NCBI RefSeq assembly: GCF_009834535.1
Contig: NC_045697.1
Location: 41,232,001-41,296,000, forward strand
Source: Camelus ferus
Taxonomy: Eukaryota
Length of the DNA stretch: 64,000 nt
Direction of reading: 5' to 3'
Shown: piece after piece, positions 1-12,254 of the stretch
How the letters are laid out: every line of letters starts with the position of its first letter
Numbering within the stretch: position 1 is the stretch's first letter
The notes under the pieces: model-generated
The model's database searches: none
What the model was told of the DNA's origin: nothing
What the model saw: the letters and a program-made list of their open reading frames with translations, nothing else
Program-made: the position numbers and the translations under genes

Positions 1-702
1 GGCATGTCAAAGACAACTAATACACCCTGTTAATCAAGAAAATTATGGTCGTAAATAATTAGGAATGTAATATAAAGAGACTAGTTAGGATCTGTTCTTT
101 TAAATTTGCATAGGCTATACAAAGATTTACTCAAAAGCTTTTAATCCACAAAAACTTCTGTATTTCTTATAAAGTCTTAAAAAACCAAACCAATTAGGAA
201 GGCAATTTGAAGTTCAGTGCTTTGTCTCCCTTTTCCTGCATTAAGTGAGTTACTCTCCTTTGGTTCCATCAGACTGGAAGTTTCACATTTTCTTTTTGTT
301 TTGTGATTATCCTTACAAACTTTAAGGATATTTGACTATGCAAACTCCAAAGTCAAAAAACCTGCCATTCTCATGAATAGATTCAAACCTTTAAGCTGTT
401 TTTTAACTCCTATCACCTATCCCAGCCTAATTTTATTAATTTATTCATAATTTTAAATTTGACAACACTATTATTGATGTTTTATACAGCCAAACTTACT
501 TAGATTTACCATCAAGTTATTGAATTCTTTTGCTTTCACTCCTTCCTGAAGCTTTCTTCTTCCATCAAAGTTCCCTTCTTCCTGAAATACACCTTTTAGT
601 AATTTCCTCAGTGAGGGTTTGTTGATGGTAAATCCACCAAGTTTTCGTCTGAAAATGTTGATCTTTTTATTGAACCACATTAGGAGGACATTAAATTCTA
701 TC

Positions 703-1168
703 TGCACTCTTCAGAATGGTAGTTGTTACCCACATACGGCTTTTAAGAACTTGAAATGTGGCTAACATAACTGAAGAAGTGAATTTTAAATTTATTTTAA
801 TTTAAATTTTAAAATGAATGCTTAATCAATTAATGGAAAACTTTAAAAAGTATGCATGGAACAACTTGAGTACATAAACCCCACCTTTTCATCAGTACAT
901 TTCATGAAATCTAAATATTTTTGAAGAAATTGAGAGTCTGAAGTGAGATGTGTTGTGAGTGTAAAACAGATTTTTACTCAGTATTAAAAAGTGTACTTAT
1001 TAATATCTTATACTGATTACATATTAAAATATTTTAATACACTGGATTAAGTACAATATACTATTAATTGCATCTAGTTCGTTTTAACCTTTTCGTAATG
1101 AGTCTCCTAGGTAATTCAAAATTATATGTTTTATGCATATTACATTTCCATTAGACAGTATTGTTCTA
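703..1168. mobile_element. hAT-Charlie DNA transposon remnant (MER33/Charlie1-like) inside an old L1
   Basis: Recognisable motifs cttgaaatgtggcta...gaattttaaatttattttaatttaaa, gtgagatgtgttgtgagtgtaaaa, and a terminal ttagacagtattgttcta. Confidence 0.6.
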
Positions 1169-1762
1169 GGTTGAATTACATTCTTTATTTTTTCTTTTAA
1201 AAATAATTTTGAAGTATTCTTGTAGCAGTTTTAAGATGATATTCTATCAAATTATGATTCCACTGTTGCTGTTAAGAGGTCTGCTATTAGCCTAATTGTT
1301 TTTTCTCTTTGTGTCTTTCTGATTGATTTAAACATCTCTTTATTTGTTGTGTCCTCTACTTTCAAATCCATGAATCTAGGTGTGAATATATTTCTATTTA
1401 TTTTGACTGTGACTGAAGTTTCTAGAATATGAGGACATATATATTTCACCAATTCTCAAAAATTCTCAGCCATTACATTTCCACTTACTGTTCTGCCTCC
1501 CATTCTCTCTGGTTTTCCTTCTGGAACTCATATTAGAGGTACGTTGGACCTTCTCATTCAATCCTCCATGAACCTGAAGTTCCTTACACTTTTAATATCT
1601 AGGTGATCTTTTCATCACTGTTGTCTAATTTTCTCTTTAAAAAGAAAAGAGAATCTATATAATCTGTTGTTTAAGATCTCCACTGGGGTCCTAAATCCCA
1701 GTTACTGTGTATTTCATTTCTAGATGTTTCATTTAATTTTTTTTTTTTTCATTCTGTCTGCC

Positions 1763-2139
1763 TTAACTTGCTAGGGCTGCCATTATAAATACCACAGACT
1801 AGGTGGCTTCAACAATGTAAGTTTATTTTCACACAGTTCTGGGGTGCAGAAGTCCAAGAGCAAGGTCCCAGCAAGGTTGGTTTCCTCCAAGGCCTTTATC
1901 CTTGCCTTGTAGGTGGCCATCTCCCTGTGTCTCCACATGGTCTTCCCTCTGTGCGTCTGTCCTAATTTCCCCTTCTTGTAAGGATACCAGTCATACTGAA
2001 TTAGGGCCTGCTCTAATATCCTCATTTTAACTTTAATTACCTCTTTAAAGACCCTACCCTCATATACAGTCATATTTTGAGGTACTGGCAGTTAGGACTT
2101 CAACACGACTTTTGGGAGAACAGAATGCAGCTTGTAACA
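1763..2139 (-). mobile_element. MaLR solo LTR (MLT1A/B/C-like)
   Basis: Typical gctgccattataaataccacagactaggtggctt...cacagttctgg...aagtccaag...aaggataccagtcat...gtaaca. CTGCC on both flanks (1758-1762, 2140-2144). Confidence 0.8.
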
Positions 2140-3339
2140 CTGCCCATAACACTGGGTTATTCCTCCAGCCTTGTTCTTTTTCTTCAGTATTGCTTTGGCA
2201 ATTCTGGGTCTTTTGTGATTCCATATAAATGGGCCTTGAGTTTTCTTTGGGAGACATCTAAAAATATATATTCAATCATCTTAACAGATAGAGGGCAATC
2301 CAAGTTGTCTACTTTTTCTTGGTGAGCTTTGGTAGTGTCTGTTAAAGTATGCATTTCATGTAAGTTGTTGAATTTTTTCAATAATACTGTTTATAAATTT
2401 CCCTTATTCGTCTCTATAGAATCTGAAATGATGTCACTTTTGCCACCTGTTATTGTTTTTCTAAACATCTTGTTGCTATGCTCACAGGGAAGCTATCAAT
2501 TTTAAAACTTTACTGTCATGTATACATAAAATGATTTCATAGTTCTAAATAGGTATTGCTCATAATGACCTTAAAATAGTTACACTACCTGCTATCTGGA
2601 ACCTCATCAATATTTGTTTTACAAAACACAGTAAGAAATGCAACAAGATCTTCTCAGTTTTCCAAGGACACTTCCTGGTAACTGAATTTTTTTAATGTAG
2701 ACAATGAACCTTGCTTGTTTTTTTTAGCACTTCTGTTTATCAAAATACTTTATTCTTTACCTCTTTAATTAACTAATTTCACTAATTGTTACTCTATTTA
2801 TTAAACAAGGAACCAGAAATAACTAGATAATGGGATTTTTATGGGATTTATATCCTTGCCTAAGTAAGAGAGATTGGGTCTTTTCCTCTGATTAGTTATG
2901 AAGAGGCAATTTTAGAAACAACCAGTCAACCACTCTAATACCTTAAAATCCCATAGACAAAAGATCTGTTTTATCCAAAGATTAAATTTTCACTATTAAA
3001 AAAAAAGTCATTGTCATGGGCAACTAATATAATTTTAAGTTAAATTTCCCAAGGCAGCAGTAATTCCATTTCTAAAAATTATCCAGAATGCATGTGAAAA
3101 TAGCATCATATTTTATTATTTAGGACCACTGAGCCCCTGCATGAGTACATCCATGATGTAAAAGCTAAAATCTTAAGTATGTATACATTTTTAGACATAA
3201 GCTATGCTTTTCCAATCAGTTAATAAGACGGACCAAAATGCCTATAATTAGAAAGTCATGATATGAGACGACCGTTAATGAAATTCCTCCAGAACTTTTA
3301 TTTCAATGATCATAATTAATCTCCCTAATTAAAGACAGC

Positions 3340-3945
3340 ATCCCCTTAGTGAGGAAAAAAAAGTAAAATTCAGCTATCTACTATTTACAAGAGATACCTA
3401 AATCACAATACAGATATTTCAAAATGAAGGAAGGATAAAAGATACACTAGGTAAATGGCAAGGAAAAGGAAGCAGAGGTAGCAATATTAAGAGCAGAGAA
3501 ACAAATTTATGGCAACGAGTAGTTAAAAAAAAAAAAGGGAAAAGGCTTATTTTATAATGATTAAAGATTCAGTCCACTTAAATTAGTCATTAGCCATTAT
3601 ATGCATCACATAAAACAGCACAAAAACAGTATGATGACAGCAGTAAGAAGACTGACACAACATCAGCATAGGGAGAATTTTAACTATCCTTAAGAATTTG
3701 ACACAGCAAGCATACAAATAAGGATATAGAAGAAAGTTTTAAAAGCACAAACATTGACAAGCTTAAGTTACACCTTAGAAACAGAAAATAAACATTCTTT
3801 TCAAATACCAACAGAATAATACAAAAATAGACCATGTTCATAGCCACAACAAAATCTCAAAAAAAATCCTCAAAGTAATCACACAGATCATATTTTAATA
3901 ATCACAAGACAATAAAACCTAAGGAACTTATAACAAAAGGAGAAC
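3340..3945 (+). mobile_element. Degraded L1 ORF2 endonuclease-region fragment
   Basis: A-rich sequence with L1 EN-like stretches (agcagaggtagcaatattaa, ataatgattaaagattca, gggagaattttaac, cattcttttcaaata, atagaccatg). Confidence 0.6.
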
Positions 3946-5629
3946 CACTTACCATGATTGCCATCATCTAAATATTTCTTTGGAATTACACTTTTTTAAG
4001 AAGTTTTACATTTTTTCTCCTCTGAAGAGAATTTCATTTGAATTGATGTCTTCAAACAAGGTCATGCTTAGACATCATTATTTTACGTATAATAACCACA
4101 GCAACTTTGTTTTTAAAAAGACTAACAGCCTTAAATTACTAGGATGCTCAAAAAGATTAAAAAAAATAGACAATTTTCTCGACCTGTGTTCAATAATCCC
4201 CCAGTGGAAATGTTTGTTTCCAGCCTTCTATGTATAGGAGCATCAATTTGCACTTACATACCGAAAGAGACACAGGTTCCAGAAGATAGGGGAAGAAAGC
4301 CATCCATAAGAACTAAAAGATTTGTATAACAAACACAGAAAGACAAAGAAAACCAAGAGAGAAAAGCACATTTTAGAAAAACAAACTTCTTGGAAACCAT
4401 AGTATTTTACCTGCTTTCCACCCCCATTATACTCCTAGTATTATTCATAAGGTGTCTACTAGAGAACCAAGACCAACATTATTCATCCACAAAATAAGCA
4501 AACAAAATAGCTATTTTTACTTCAATTCTTTAAAATAGTCAGAAGCACCTGTGGCAAAAACAGAGTGTGCTATCAAATTCAAGGAATGAAAAATCATAGA
4601 TTTCAGATAAACTAAATCAAGTAAGAATGAGCTTCCTTCAAATAAGCATAAATTTCCAATTGGCAGTCATAATCTCTAGAATGCCATAGAAGCCAAATTC
4701 AATTTCTCTATAATACTGATGTTAATCAGTGAATTGGACTGAAGGCCTTATGGTAACCAACTTCCACTGGGCAGTATTTAAGATCCAGCTGCATCACAAT
4801 TCATTTTATGAACAAATTCAGTCTCTTTATTGTAATATGCCAATGTTATGCAATAATTGCATCTCAATGACAAGGACTTAACATTTAAACATTCAATCTC
4901 TATTAATACAAAATTTGAAAGAAGGAAAACCCTTAGGTACTCAGTGTGCAGAAGGCTTTATATTCCATGAGTCATGGCCAGGGCAGCAATCTCACCATCA
5001 GTATAAGAAGTATTATCTCTCCCTCCTCTGAACATCCCTAGTACTTATTGTCTCCATCACATATTTGGCAGGCTGTTTTTAAGTAGTAAACTTTTTACAC
5101 GCATCTGTCTGATCTGAATGTATCCCTTAAGGGCAAGCAGCAGTCATGCCTTCTAATTACTGGCATCTTCCACACAATACCTCACAAGTAGGAGATGCTT
5201 CTTAAGTATTAATTGACTATTGTTAAGTAACTGAGTAATGCCACCAACATATCCTTTCTTTAACACCACCTTTGGAGTATAGCTACCTGCTCTATACTCC
5301 AGAGTGCCTATGCTTTCTAAAAGTTCTCTAAAAAAACTAAAATGAAGCAAACAAAACAACAAAGTCTACTTATAATACCTAGATTTTAGGTAAGCGGCAT
5401 TAGATAAAATGAATAAATTTTCTTTACATTAATCCTACCTCTAATCAAAGAGTAGACCTTCAAATACCTACGTTATAGCAAAATTAGGTGGGAAAACAAC
5501 AACAGCAAGAGCAAAGCCTTAATATCTGTGCTCACTCTTCCCCCACGCTCTGGACTTTCCTTAGTCAGTGGTCACCTCCACACCTTCCAAAAGGTTCCCA
5601 TGGCTCCTGGCCTTCCCCAATTCAATTGT

Positions 5630-5815
5630 ATAATGGGTCTCAAACTTTAACATGTTTCAGAATATCCTCAAAAACTTGCTAAAGCACAAACTGCTGGGCT
5701 CCATCCCCAGAGTTCTTGTTCGGTGGGTGCAGGGTGGGCCTAAGTGTCTGCATTTCTAGCAAGGTGACAGGTGATGCTGATGCTAGTCATCCAGGGACCA
5801 CACTCTGAGAACTCT
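5630..5815 (+). mobile_element. MER5A (hAT-Charlie MITE)
   Basis: ggtctcaaacttt...ctgctgggctccatccccagagtt...ctgcatttctagcaag...aggtgatgctgatgct...ccagggaccacactctgagaa. Confidence 0.8.
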
Positions 5816-6600
5816 TTTACTCTCAGACCCTCCCCTGTTTCTGTCACGTTTACTGTGCTTGATTAATTAATTCAAAACAACTTTAAAGTTTACTTCTTCC
5901 TTTAGATGAAGCTTGGTTTCTTCACCTTCTATTCTAAGTATGCGTTAGGTATGTGGTGTGAATGGCAAACACCATCTTCATGTGGAACTTTTCAGCATGG
6001 TATCAAACGTTTTTGGACAACCAAAGGGTGACTCCCTAACTTTTCCAGCTCAAAAATGGCACACAGTCATTTGTACCAGGTATCCACCTCTACAGGGAAG
6101 CAAAAAACTAGTTACTCAGTCTGCATTATCCCAGGGACGCACATACCATTCTCTCCACTGGGGATTTTTTCCCTCCCTCTTACCTAGGTTAACGTCTCCT
6201 CTTCTTTCAGGGTCTTAGCTCAGAGGTGACTTATACAGGGAAGACTTTCTTTTCTTCCTCTTGACCAGGTCAAGTTCTCCTACTATGGGTTCTCATAGAG
6301 TCAACTGTATCCCCTCCCTGCTAGCCCCTGTCATGTTTTCATTTTTACATTTGTTTATATAAACATTTTATGAATAGCTACTTTCCACACTGGACGGTAA
6401 GCTCCAGACAATGTTTTTGGGTTTGATCATCATTGTATTTTCAGTGCCAAGCATGATTATCAGTCACATAGAAGATGTCCTAATGAGGGTAGACAAGATC
6501 TGAGCTTTTTCAGCCCTAAGAGAGCAAGAGCATTCCTTTCTAGACTCTGCACCCTATTTGTTTTTCACCTATCCTATACTAAGAAAAAAAAAAGACTTAC

Positions 6601-6715
6601 CTTTTCTGAATAATTCTTGGAGACTTTCGGCACTTTGATTTAATACAGCCCATATTTCTTCCTCCTGCAGGGGTCCACCCCGAACCTCCAAGGCCTCAGC
6701 TAGTGACACGTGCAT
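6601..6715 (-). CDS. PTPN13: PTPN13 first coding exon (exon 6601-6720; 5 nt of 5'UTR, then ATG at 6715-6713); start of the N-terminal KIND domain
   Basis: The reverse complement reads ttgtttcttag|GTAAT ATG CAC GTG TCA CTA GCT GAG GCC TTG GAG GTT CGG GGT GGA CCC CTG CAG GAG GAA GAA ATA TGG GCT GTA TTA AAT CAA AGT GCC GAA AGT CTC CAA GAA TTA TTC AGA AAA G|gtaagt. This translates to MHVSLAEALEVRGGPLQEEEIWAVLNQSAESLQELFRK, which I recognise as the PTPN13 N-terminus. Canonical AG acceptor and GTAAGT donor, phase 1. Too short for the ORF track. Confidence 0.96.
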
Positions 6716-7641
6716 ATTACCTAAGAAACAAAGGTAACAGATGGCTTACACATCAGCTACTTCACTGTACTTGCAGTACTGAAAATGCGACATCATTGAT
6801 GAAACTATGAGGTCCCTGACCACCAAAGTTCTCAATATAAATATAATATAATCCTACAGCTTAAAGTCATAGAGGGGAAAGGAGTTGGAGGAAAAGAACT
6901 CTCAGAACAACCAACTGCCCCAGCCCAACAGGGTCAGCCTCAGAGACAAAACTGGAAAACAGTGGTAGTGACTACGTCGTGGGAGAAGACAGAGACCTCA
7001 GGTACCAGGGGCCACCAAAGCACAGATGATTAAATCAAAGCAGCCAGGCCAGACTGAAGATCCAGGTTTAATTCTATTTATCCCAGGTAAAAAGAGTAGA
7101 GAGGAGTAGAGAGAAGACCCTACAGCCATGGTTGGGGAAGTTGGGAATAAGATGCAACACGTTTTTTCCATTTACTAGTTGTTTTCTGTATCTCTAATAT
7201 ATATAAATATGAACTGTGCACTGAATGGACTTAGCTATTTCTAAACCCAGCTTTGCTGCCAACTTCCCCTTTTCCCCTAGGAAAGTCATTTCACCTCTAA
7301 ATTTCAGCTTCCCATCTTTGACATCGGAATAATAATAGTAATAACAATGCCATTTTGAGGTAGCTATAACAAGGAAAGAAGTTATGCTATAAACGTACTT
7401 TGTAATCTAAGACTACAGAAGTTGAATTAATAAAAAAATAAAAAAGATGCCTCGGTGGTGACATTTTGGGAGGGTCAATTTTTTCAAAGGCATTCAATTA
7501 AGTAGGTGATATACTGATAAAATTTAAGATTTTCTATGGGGCTCAATAATCCTATTTTCATTTTCGAAGAGGAAAACACAGCTAGTCAAAATCCTTCTGT
7601 ATCAATTTTCCTAAATTGACACTCATTGAAAAGAAAATTGC

Positions 7642-8195
7642 GATCCAGGTCGAAGATGGCGGCGGTTGCGTCCCGGGTTTCTGGCCTGCTAGGTCGTTCC
7701 CGGCTGCAACTGCGGCGGCCTATGTCGAGTGGGGCCCACGGCGAGGAGGGCTCAGCTCGCATGTGGAAGGCCCTCACCTACTTCGTGGCGCTCCCCGGGG
7801 TCGGAGTGAGCATGCTGAACGTCTTCCTGAAGTCGCACCACGAAGAGGAGGAGAGGCCCGAGTTCATCGCTTACCCCCATCTCCGCGTCAGGTCCAAGCC
7901 CTTTCCCTGGGGAGATGGTTAACCATACCCTATTCCATAACCCTCATGTGAATCCGCTTCCAACTGGCTATGAAGATGAATGAAGAGAACCGGGACCACT
8001 ACCCAGTGGGGACCACAGCACTGGTTTGGATCATTACTCTGCACACATGGACCAGAAAAGTGTATGGGACCTTAAGCTCACCTTGTATCCAGTGATGACC
8101 ATTATACTGATCTTCCGTCCCTTTGCTTATAGCAGGAGATGGCTTAAATAAATAACTTAGTCATGAAAAAAAAAAAAAAAAAAGAAAAGAAAAAA
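7642..8195 (+). pseudogene. COX6A1: COX6A1 processed pseudogene (retrocopy): full CDS 7656-7983, 3'UTR and poly(A)
   Basis: Intronless [88 protein letters not shown]. An extra T at 7919/7920 creates TAA; the shifted frame continues [20 protein letters not shown] (TGA 7981-7983). AATAAA at 8147-8152, poly(A) from 8166. TSD GAAAAGAAAATTGC at 7628-7641 and 8196-8209. Confidence 0.97.
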
Positions 8196-8949
8196 GAAAA
8201 GAAAATTGCTCTCTCTAGTGATCACTAAGGTTTCTACTCTAATCAAACCAATTTAAGCATAATGTATATCTTGATAGACAGAAGCAGATGGGTTTGGAAA
8301 AGAAACTAAAGGGAGCAGAAAATGTTAAATACTTATGTTCTGTAATTATATCCTTCATTAAATTTTAAAATCAACCTATAAAAACATCTGTTTCAGATGA
8401 AAGTTGAATTTGTTTACTCAGCTAACAAGAAAAGCTAATATTTTCTTTTAATTTATATTTATGATCCTTTAACCCAGATGGAAAAAAAAAAAGCAACTAT
8501 AGCTCTACAGATGAGGCCAGGCTTGCCCTGTTACTTTCTTTTTCAGATGTTTACTATAGCATTTTATTCTTAGAGTCTGCCTTGAGGGGTGTCTACTTAA
8601 ATGTGCAATCTGGTACTTAAAAGGGAAGATAGAAGATATTGCTTTGAAAAAGCCAAAAGGGTTTTATTTAACTTGTACAAGAAGGGATTATTTATTTAGA
8701 CCCCTCGCTGCCCCCACCAACTCTTTAGGTTTCTCATGTATTTTATTATACAATAGCGTAGTAATAGCACAGTTATTAAAGGGAAAAATTGGAAGCTTCA
8801 CTCCTGTCTAAGAGATATCTGAGTAATTGCCTACATAAAACACTATATTAAATTGGAAGTTTCAACAGAAACAATCAGATACCAACGTGACCTGTGAGAA
8901 AGACTACTCTAGCAGATTTCCAAATACGGATGAGAACCGGTTAGTTAGC

Positions 8950-10110
8950 TCTAGAGCCTACATACAGGGTTTACAGAGTAGAGAGAAAATTGCATAAGGA
9001 GAATTTCTTTGAAGAGAGTTGTACTGATTTTCATGCCTCCCCCAAAGCAGGAGTGTGGGAAGGAGCCTCTGCTAGACCTCAAGCCAGTGAAAGAGGCTTC
9101 AGTGGGACCCCTTGGAGTGCCTGGCGTGTTCCCTGGAGTTGGGGAGGACACCACAGACTGGAGCCTGATACTTCAGGGGTCAAAGGCTTTGGCTATGGCT
9201 CTGAGGCAGCAGCCAGAGGGAGCAGAGGGCACACAGAGCTGGAGTGAGGGGGTGTGCTGTACTGGGAGCTGGCTACTCTTCCATTAGTTGGGTGGCAGCG
9301 GCAGAGGAGGTGGGCAAGAAGCAGGGCCACACAGCCTGGTAGCTAATGAAATTCTACCCAGATGATGAAAATGTCCCCAGATTTAGTTTGTGCTAATGGC
9401 TTTAGAACTCTGTGCCTATACCACAAACCACTGAAGGTTTATTTTAAAAGGGTGAATTGATGGTATGTCATTGATACCTCAATAAAGCCATTAAAAAAAA
9501 AAGAACTCTACCCAGACTACTACCAGAGGCTCCCAGGGTACTACCAGGAGGAGGAGGAAGTGAGGAGAGAGGAGGGGGACAGGAGGAAGTATGGGAGGGG
9601 GGAAGAAGAGGAGGAAGAGGAATTAGGTATTGGCTGGCAGAAGGAATGCTTTGAGGTGTCACAGGAAGCATAATTCCAGTGAAGAACTCTGAAGAACCCA
9701 CAAAAGTATACATAAGAGAACGAGTCAGCCTTAAGCACGTAACAAATTCAAAGGCAGTGAAGCCATTTTGTAACAGGAGTCAGGCGAAAGACTGTCTCTC
9801 TACCTTTCTTCCTGTCCCCAGTTTAAATCCTGAGGGGGTCGGAAACAGCAACTTGCAAATGGATGGAGGGAGATGAGCAACAGAAAGAGAAGCCAACCCC
9901 ATTGCCTTCTGCTTAGAGCTGTTCCTAGATGGGGGAGGGAACAGTGTTAGCTTTAAATCAAGATTGAAATGTTGCTTAATGTACCTACCAAGTAGGCACT
10001 TTAAATTATGGAACTGACACTGTATTTTTAACTCGAGTAACTGTAGCTATTATTATCAAAGGGTAAGAAGACAATTATGGACTTGAGTTTTCATATAGAG
10101 GCAAGAGACT
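8950..10110. mobile_element. Ancient GC-richer LTR-like sequence (resembles MamGypLTR1), split by a short L1 3' end
   Basis: Purine/GC-rich block; the 3' part gggggagggaacagtgttagctttaaatcaagattgaaatgtt resembles mammalian Gypsy-like LTRs. Family call is tentative. Confidence 0.35.
9363..9502 (+). mobile_element. Short L1M (L1MB-like) 3' terminus with poly(A) and TSD
   Basis: tgatgaaaatgt...ccactgaa...aaaagggtgaatt...ctcaataaagcc followed by an A-run. Flanking repeat TCTACCCAGA at 9353-9362 and 9507-9516. Confidence 0.7.
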
Positions 10111-12254
10111 ACGTTCCTCTCATGAAGGAGAAAGAAGGAAAAAGAGAGAAAAAGGAGGGAGGGCAGAAAGAAAGAAAAGTGAAGGGTAAAATAAGTTGCT
10201 TATAATTATGCCTTATGTATTCTGTTGTAAAACAAATGATATACATCACCCACATACAAAGTGTTAAATCTTGAGATACTGTTTTTTCTGAATTCTTAAA
10301 AGACTGATTTTTAAATAAAAATTTTCCTATAAATAAGAAAATGAAAAGGTAAAAGTAACTTCTCAACACAACAGATTTTTTTTTCAGTGCTTGATTTTTC
10401 TGTCTACAAAAATGACGAATGATCCCTCTATTACTTGATTCAATCAGGTCTGAATTGTATTTTATTAATCCTCTATTAATGTTTATTAAAATTTTTTTTT
10501 GCCTATTCAGTAGGATCTCTATGTATCTCTTGTGGGAACTGGTTAGATCATGCAAACACAGAAGAAAACGTTTGTTTTTTTTTAAAGCAATATCATCCAG
10601 CAAAACAGAATAGATTTGGCATTTTAAATTCATAACTTTGCTAGAAGAGAGGTTTAAGATTTTAAAAAACTGCCTCAACCCTCCTATCACCCAATCTCAA
10701 GACAATGTAACATTAAAACAGCTTTCTAAAAATCAAACAAATAAACAACAACATAACTATAGCTTATAAACTGTCTACCACCACCACATCTGGTGACTGC
10801 CTATCATCATCCTCTCTGTTATTTTTATTCACCTTTACTACAGCTCTCCAGATCAGTAGCTCTGAAAGGAAAGAGAAAACAAGGAATGACAGAAATGCAG
10901 AAGTGGAAGAAGGATGCAACAATAAGAAAAAGGAGGGAGAAAAGCTTAAAGTCAACTAATAGATGAAGGAAACAGTTATGAAAATTCTTAAGAGTTTATT
11001 ACTTCAATTGTTTCCTTTAGAGGAAACGCAGTACTAGATAACTTGGGGTATAGATGTATGACTGGCATTATCTTACTATCAAAAAGGTCCTGCTTTACAA
11101 TAAACATAACCATATTATTCACTTTTATTTCCTTGAAAGTGGTAGGCTACATGATAACTAAATTTTTGGAAAGACTTTTGAATAAGAATAATTACATGAC
11201 AGAATCAGAATCATTATTACGTTTTTGGTTAATACAGGTATTATCGTCATGACCTCAAAACTGTGCCCACAGAGTCAGATAAAGCCACAAAAAGATTCTA
11301 ACAGATGTCACTTTAATCCTGAAGGATTTGTGTCACTTGAAAATAGGAAGTACATAAACGGGATTCCAAAAAGAATGAAATAGTAAACAGATTAACTGAA
11401 TCCAATCAAGTGATATGACAACCTGTCTGGGGGTAGACTAGAAATGTTTTATACAGACTCTAAAGAAATAGGACTATGAGAATACCCTGTTTCAAGAACA
11501 AAGCAACTATAAAATAGAGCTCTGTGTGTGCCACTAGCTCGGGGCAAACACACACTTATCAGCCTGGCTAAGGACTTCTCTGGTCATTAAAAAATTATAG
11601 TGAGTTAAAAAAAAAATTATAGTGAGTTGAGAAAGCAAGCTCTCAAATTATAAACATCTTTAACCCAGAAAGATTTACAATGAATTTTATAAAAGATTAA
11701 GAGAGGCAAGTCCATATCTTAGTATTTTTTAAAATTAAAGAATCTGTACATAGTTGGTATTTTAGCTGTTTATAATGTTTAAGAGAAATAGGTCAGTTAG
11801 AATAACAGATTTGCCTTGTGATCCCAATTTAAGTAATGTAATTGAGAAAATTAGAGTTCAGGCTTGTATAAAATACCACTGTAATATATAAGAGAACTTC
11901 AGTCTTAGCATACTAATAAATTTTCATTAGAGACTTATTTAATTACTCAGAAAAAAAATTGGTTTTTTTTGGTTAGTCTGACAACTGAAATACTTTTGGA
12001 AATCAACTTTTAATTGTATGAATGTAGTTTAAAACAGTTAAAGGGTTTTAATTAACAAAGTCTGAAAATGGGATTATACACCCAATCAGAAGTCCCCTTA
12101 AAAGTGATTATTAAAATTTTCTACGAGTAAAATAAGTGACCTTAGAAACTTAAGAACAAGGTTTCAGAATTTGTAATTTACTAAGAATATTCATTTAAAG
12201 ATAATTTTCAATAAGCTTTTCTGTGTACAATAATATCTTGGAGGCCATTTTTTA

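Larger units (their letters stand above)
390..2480 (-). mobile_element. Fragmented ancient L1 (L1M-type), interrupted by a Charlie element and an MLT1 LTR
   Basis: T-rich plus strand. Minus-strand ORF remnants resemble L1 ORF1 (REKTIRLIADL; KPSLRKLLKGVFQEEG) and ORF2 ([16 protein letters not shown]). Boundaries approximate. Confidence 0.6.

Noticed and set aside
7616..7951. 111-aa and 63-aa ORFs overlapping the COX6A1 copy
   Set aside because: Alternative-frame and antisense shadows of the GC-rich retrocopy.
10109..10690. 193-aa minus-strand ORF, the longest in the track
   Set aside because: AT-rich low-complexity sequence (K/L/F/I-rich), non-ATG start, no recognisable protein; consistent with a chance ORF.
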